IMG/VR virus record: IMGVR_UViG_3300020166_000010
DNA from: a virus
DNA: 64,000 bases
Direction: 5' to 3' (one strand)
Part shown: positions 60,597 to 64,000 of the stretch, piece after piece
Layout of the letters: every line of letters starts with the position of its first letter
Position numbering within the stretch: the stretch's first letter is position 1
Made by a program: the position numbers and the translations under genes
Notes under the pieces: generated by a model
Seen by the model: the letters and a program-made list of their open reading frames with translations, nothing else
The model's database searches: none
What the model was told of the DNA's origin: nothing

Positions 60597-62435
60597 TTAG
60601 TTTTTAAAATACATTTTATCGTTTATTACTAAAATATTAGTTTCAGATTCTACAAATAATTTCATTGCATCTTCTGGAGTTTCAACGATCGGTTGACCTT
60701 TAATGTTCAATGAAGTATTCATCACAACAGGACATCCTGTGATCGTATCAAATTCGCTAATTAGATCATAAAATCTAGGGTTAGTTTCTCTGGTTAGAGT
60801 CTGAGTACGTGCTGTGTTATCAATATGCACTGCCGATGGAATTTCTTGAGGTCTCTTACATGGAACTGTATATAACATGTATGGAGATTCAAAATCCATA
60901 TCGAACCATTCTTCTCTCTTTTCATTAAGAACTACTGGTGCAAAAGGACGGAACCATTCTCTCATCTTAACCTTAGCATTTAAAATATCTTTCATTTTAG
61001 GATTACTTGGATCCGTAATAAATGAACGGTTTCCTAATGCTCTTGGCCCTAATTCTGAACGACCTTGATACCAACATAAGATCTCTCCTTCACTCAACTT
61101 CTGAGCTAAGACTTTTAAATCAACATCATACGCTGTAAATTCAGATTCTGGTTGGTGTGTATAATCCATTCCAAGATATGCAATATCCTTTGGTTTGTAT
61201 TCTACTCTAGGATTTCCAAAAACCATATGATTAACATACAGTGCAGATCCTACTGAAATTCCATCATCTCCACATGCTGGAAAGAAGTGAATGTTTTCAA
61301 AATCATTCTCTGTTTTTACAGCGAAGTTTGCATTACAGTTAAGAGCTACACCACCAGAAAGACATAGGTTCCCGCTGTTGAATTCCTTAGTTTCTTTGTA
61401 TAGTTTATCAGTATAGATAACCATTGCTCTCTCACATAAGTATTGAATACCTGCAGCATGATCCATAACCTCTTGTTTATTATAGTCTCCTTTGTTATAA
61501 ACTGTCTGGTAAGATCTTTGGAAGAAATGTGCATCTGCATCTCCTTCTACGATTTCTTTACGCAAAGGTCCAATGTGTGGAAATTTACCAGTTACTTGTG
61601 AAAATAACCAACTAATATATTGGTGATCTTGCACTGGAGAATCTCGGTGCCAGATTGGTTTCAACCATTCTTCTGCATTTTCTTTTACGTGACCTGATAC
61701 TTTACCATAAGCAGCTAATCCCATAAGTACTCCAGCTTTAGTTGTACCTGGCCCAAGACCTAAGAATTCTGTTGCAGCATCGTAGAAAGTTCCGATCATT
61801 AGACCTGGCTCTCTAAAGTTTTCTAACACATTACCGTTACCAATAAAATATCCACTACAATTTTCTGGGTCGTGCATTGACGCATCAACCGTCATAATAG
61901 CGGATTGTTCGAAAGGTGAAGTATAATATGCTGAAGCAGCATGTGACATATGATGATCTACAAACATACCAGGAATAACTCTATCATATCCATCAACTAC
62001 ACAATTTAGATTAATAGTATAACCTGCTGTGATAATAGAACTTGAATATGGAGGTTGAATTCTATCAATATAATAAGGAAGAGTATATCCAAACTCGGTT
62101 TCCATAACTTTATTTTCGTATGAATTCAAGTGGTTCATGATCAAACTCTCCTTGTTGTAAGTTCCCATTGTAGAAAAAGGATAGTTATCTTCATATGGTG
62201 AATAGATACTAATCCAATCGCTAGTACCTTTATTCCAGTACCCCATTGTAATCATATCAACATCATCCCATGTGATGCCATTTTCCTTTAAAAATCTTTC
62301 AGTAGATTCTCTGCTTAAAACCTGGTCTTTTTTGTTTCTTGAGAAACGTTCAACCGAAATAGATGATACTAATTTACCATCTGTTACAAGTGCAAGTGAG
62401 GCATCGTGCCCACTGTGTAGTCCGAGTATATTCAT
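60597..62435 (-). CDS. carbamoyltransferase (NodU/CmcH family)
   Basis: GHDAS, ERFSRNK, HHMSHAASAYY, LMGLAAYG, SGGVALNC, GPRALGNRS, FRPFAP, NTSLN; class II promoter 62466-62492. Confidence 0.95.
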   Translation of the reverse strand: MNILGLHSGHDASLALVTDGKLVSSISVERFSRNKKDQVLSRESTERFLKENGITWDDVDMITMGYWNKGTSDWISIYSPYEDNYPFSTMGTYNKESLIMNHLNSYENKVMETEFGYTLPYYIDRIQPPYSSSIITAGYTINLNCVVDGYDRVIPGMFVDHHMSHAASAYYTSPFEQSAIMTVDASMHDPENCSGYFIGNGNVLENFREPGLMIGTFYDAATEFLGLGPGTTKAGVLMGLAAYGKVSGHVKENAEEWLKPIWHRDSPVQDHQYISWLFSQVTGKFPHIGPLRKEIVEGDADAHFFQRSYQTVYNKGDYNKQEVMDHAAGIQYLCERAMVIYTDKLYKETKEFNSGNLCLSGGVALNCNANFAVKTENDFENIHFFPACGDDGISVGSALYVNHMVFGNPRVEYKPKDIAYLGMDYTHQPESEFTAYDVDLKVLAQKLSEGEILCWYQGRSELGPRALGNRSFITDPSNPKMKDILNAKVKMREWFRPFAPVVLNEKREEWFDMDFESPYMLYTVPCKRPQEIPSAVHIDNTARTQTLTRETNPRFYDLISEFDTITGCPVVMNTSLNIKGQPIVETPEDAMKLFVESETNILVINDKMYFKN

Positions 62436-62521
62436 TAAATGTAATTTATGTTATTAATTTTAGGGTTATATTAAATAATTAAGAAAGGTTTCACATCTAA
62501 CCCCCCCCATGATTATTGAAA

Positions 62522-63016
62522 TTATGCTAGATATTTTAAAACTTCATACCATGATGGAAATTCATCTCCACCAAATAAAATATGTTCACCTTCAAATTTG
62601 TCTGCTCCATTCGCCAAACGATCATCAATTAGATAATCTCCTTTATTTAAATGTTTGTTGTGAGATAATATTAATCTTTTATGTCCAAATACTCCTAAGT
62701 GTTTTTCCACCCAAAGTCTTTTTTCCATCCAAGCTTCTGGATTTCCCCATGGTGCCGTTGATAGAATATAACAGTCATACACTCTACTCAATTCTTGAAA
62801 AGCAAAGATTGCTCCAGGAATTGGCTGTAAATCTTTAAATATTCCGGGAATCTGATCGATATCCTCTCCGTATTTAACAGCTAACTCTGGAGTTACTTTT
62901 TCTCTAATTGCTCGATGAAAATCTGCTAAAACCCCATCCATATCAAAATAGATGATAGGTTTATTTTTCAGATCAGCCTCTTTTCCGAGCGGGCATACTT
63001 GTATTTGAAATTTCAC
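62522..63016 (-). CDS. 5'(3')-deoxyribonucleotidase (NT5C, HAD)
   Basis: YFDMDGVLADF, ILST, GDYLIDD; start uncertain. Confidence 0.9.
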   Translation of the reverse strand: MKFQIQVCPLGKEADLKNKPIIYFDMDGVLADFHRAIREKVTPELAVKYGEDIDQIPGIFKDLQPIPGAIFAFQELSRVYDCYILSTAPWGNPEAWMEKRLWVEKHLGVFGHKRLILSHNKHLNKGDYLIDDRLANGADKFEGEHILFGGDEFPSWYEVLKYLA

Positions 63017-63119
63017 TTTTATTATTGGTTTTTATATTTCGCATCTTCTTGACCTTAGGGCCTTTTTGAGGTTCGTAAAGAAAATCTTCATCTTCTAAAT
63101 TAAAATTACGCAGTCTCAT
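62973..63119 (-). CDS. 48-aa hypothetical protein
   Basis: Manual translation MRLRNFNLEDEDFLYEPQKGPKVKKM...; fills gap. Confidence 0.45.
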   Translation of the reverse strand: MRLRNFNLEDEDFLYEPQKGPKVKKMRNIKTNNKSEISNTSMPARKRG

Positions 63120-63318
63120 ATCTTTTCACTTTATGTTTTTGTTTATAATATTCAATAAATGATTCACCAACCCCGATGTCTTCAATTACGTAACTATTTG
63201 AAAGTAATGGTTTACGTGCATTTAGATTTATAATTCTGTCTGGGGTTTGTTCGTTTTCAAATACAGTCATGTATTTCTTAACAGCATTCTTTGATTTTTT
63301 ATATACAACTACAATCAT
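63106..63318 (-). CDS. hypothetical protein
   Basis: Translationally coupled to sigma gene. Confidence 0.7.
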   Translation of the reverse strand: MIVVVYKKSKNAVKKYMTVFENEQTPDRIINLNARKPLLSNSYVIEDIGVGESFIEYYKQKHKVKRYETA

Positions 63319-63905
63319 TATGCTGTGATTTTTTCTGCGATTAGTGCTTTACCTCTACGAATACGATTTTTAACCGTTTGTAGGCTAATTCCATGTTTGT
63401 CTGCAATATCATCATATTTCATATTGTTAACTAGACGATCTACAACAATATCACGATACATTTTTTTAAGATCTTGCATTGCATGTAGGGCACTTTGATA
63501 TCTTTCCATTAATTCTGTGTCTTCATCAAGAAAGTCTTGCTCGGTCATTTCGTATGATTCCTCAAGTGCGGCGTTAATACCTCCGTTATCATTGACTTCT
63601 ACGCCGAATTCTGCTAATTGATCTAATGAAGTTTTCTTGTTGCGTTTAGCGATATATCCTAAAGCTTCGTTAAATGCGATTCTATATAACCAAGTTGTGA
63701 TTTGATATTTAGGATCGTATTGATCAATCTTTGTCCACATCTTAGTTAGAGTATTAACAGCGATATCTTCAGCAACATCTCGATCTTTGACTATTTTGCC
63801 AACGTATGCAGTGATTCCGGGCTTGATTCTATAGAATAAAGTAGTGAAATCTGCTTCTGATCTTGATGCGATATAATTCTCTGTCATTTCTCTGTAACTT
63901 GCCAT
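63318..63905 (-). CDS. ECF-type (sigma-70 group 4) RNA polymerase sigma factor
   Basis: AEDIA..QITTWLYRIAFN region 2; MKYDDIADKHGISLQTVKNRIRRGK region 4 HTH. Confidence 0.93.
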   Translation of the reverse strand: MASYREMTENYIASRSEADFTTLFYRIKPGITAYVGKIVKDRDVAEDIAVNTLTKMWTKIDQYDPKYQITTWLYRIAFNEALGYIAKRNKKTSLDQLAEFGVEVNDNGGINAALEESYEMTEQDFLDEDTELMERYQSALHAMQDLKKMYRDIVVDRLVNNMKYDDIADKHGISLQTVKNRIRRGKALIAEKITA

Positions 63906-63926
63906 AAATTTGTGTTTTGTTTGTTT

Positions 63927-63995
63927 GTTTTTAATTATAGTTAAATATAAGCATTTTCTACGACATAAAAAAATCTGGAGTGGTTTATTTTCAAA
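63927..63995 (-). promoter_or_regulatory. early promoter driving the sigma factor
   Basis: GAAAATAAA..CCAGATTTTTTTAT..CTTATATTTAACTATAATT. Confidence 0.75.
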
Positions 63996-64000
63996 TTATT

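Noticed and set aside
1-64000. Stop-codon reassignment, or a diversity-generating retroelement acting on fibres
   Set aside because: Conserved genes are intact under code 11 and end in TAA/TAG/TGA; no suppressor tRNA, reverse transcriptase or TR/VR pair seen
1-64000. Bacterial chromosome or prophage
   Set aside because: No host operon structure, integrase or repressor; uniform phage-type promoter classes span the whole window

Overview
AT-rich, densely coding segment of a large lytic (jumbo/far-T4-like) dsDNA phage, most likely infecting Flavobacteriales (Bacteroidota). Host clues: a T9SS C-terminal sorting domain, SD-less A/C-rich leaders, flavobacterial-type tRNA-Ile/Ala, and Hc1, DUF2805, M42 and LOG genes. 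A divergently transcribed early island (about 2.9-14.5 kb, mostly + strand) carries DUF932-like, RadA-like, LPD29-like, GlnRS and T9SS-cargo genes behind repeated promoter cassettes. The rest is on the - strand: two giant fibre genes (proline-poor collagen and 36-aa coiled coil) sharing an N-terminal module, lysis candidates, thyA, DNA ligase, glyco/modification enzymes, a type II R-M-like pair, ten further tRNAs and an ECF sigma factor. Three promoter classes can be read from the sequence: early (TATATTTA..TATA with an upstream PerR/Fur-like palindrome or DnaA-like box), (G/T)AAAC-N17-TATAA, and AGATATATA. The most unusual signals are (i) 3'-UTR elements complementary to the translation-initiation leaders of early genes, (ii) helically phased Per-box-like operators, (iii) several unclassified structured RNAs inside the tRNA arrays, (iv) a T9SS-targeted phage protein and (v) a likely programmed -1 frameshift at an A9 run. 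All family assignments come from motif recognition; no searches were run.
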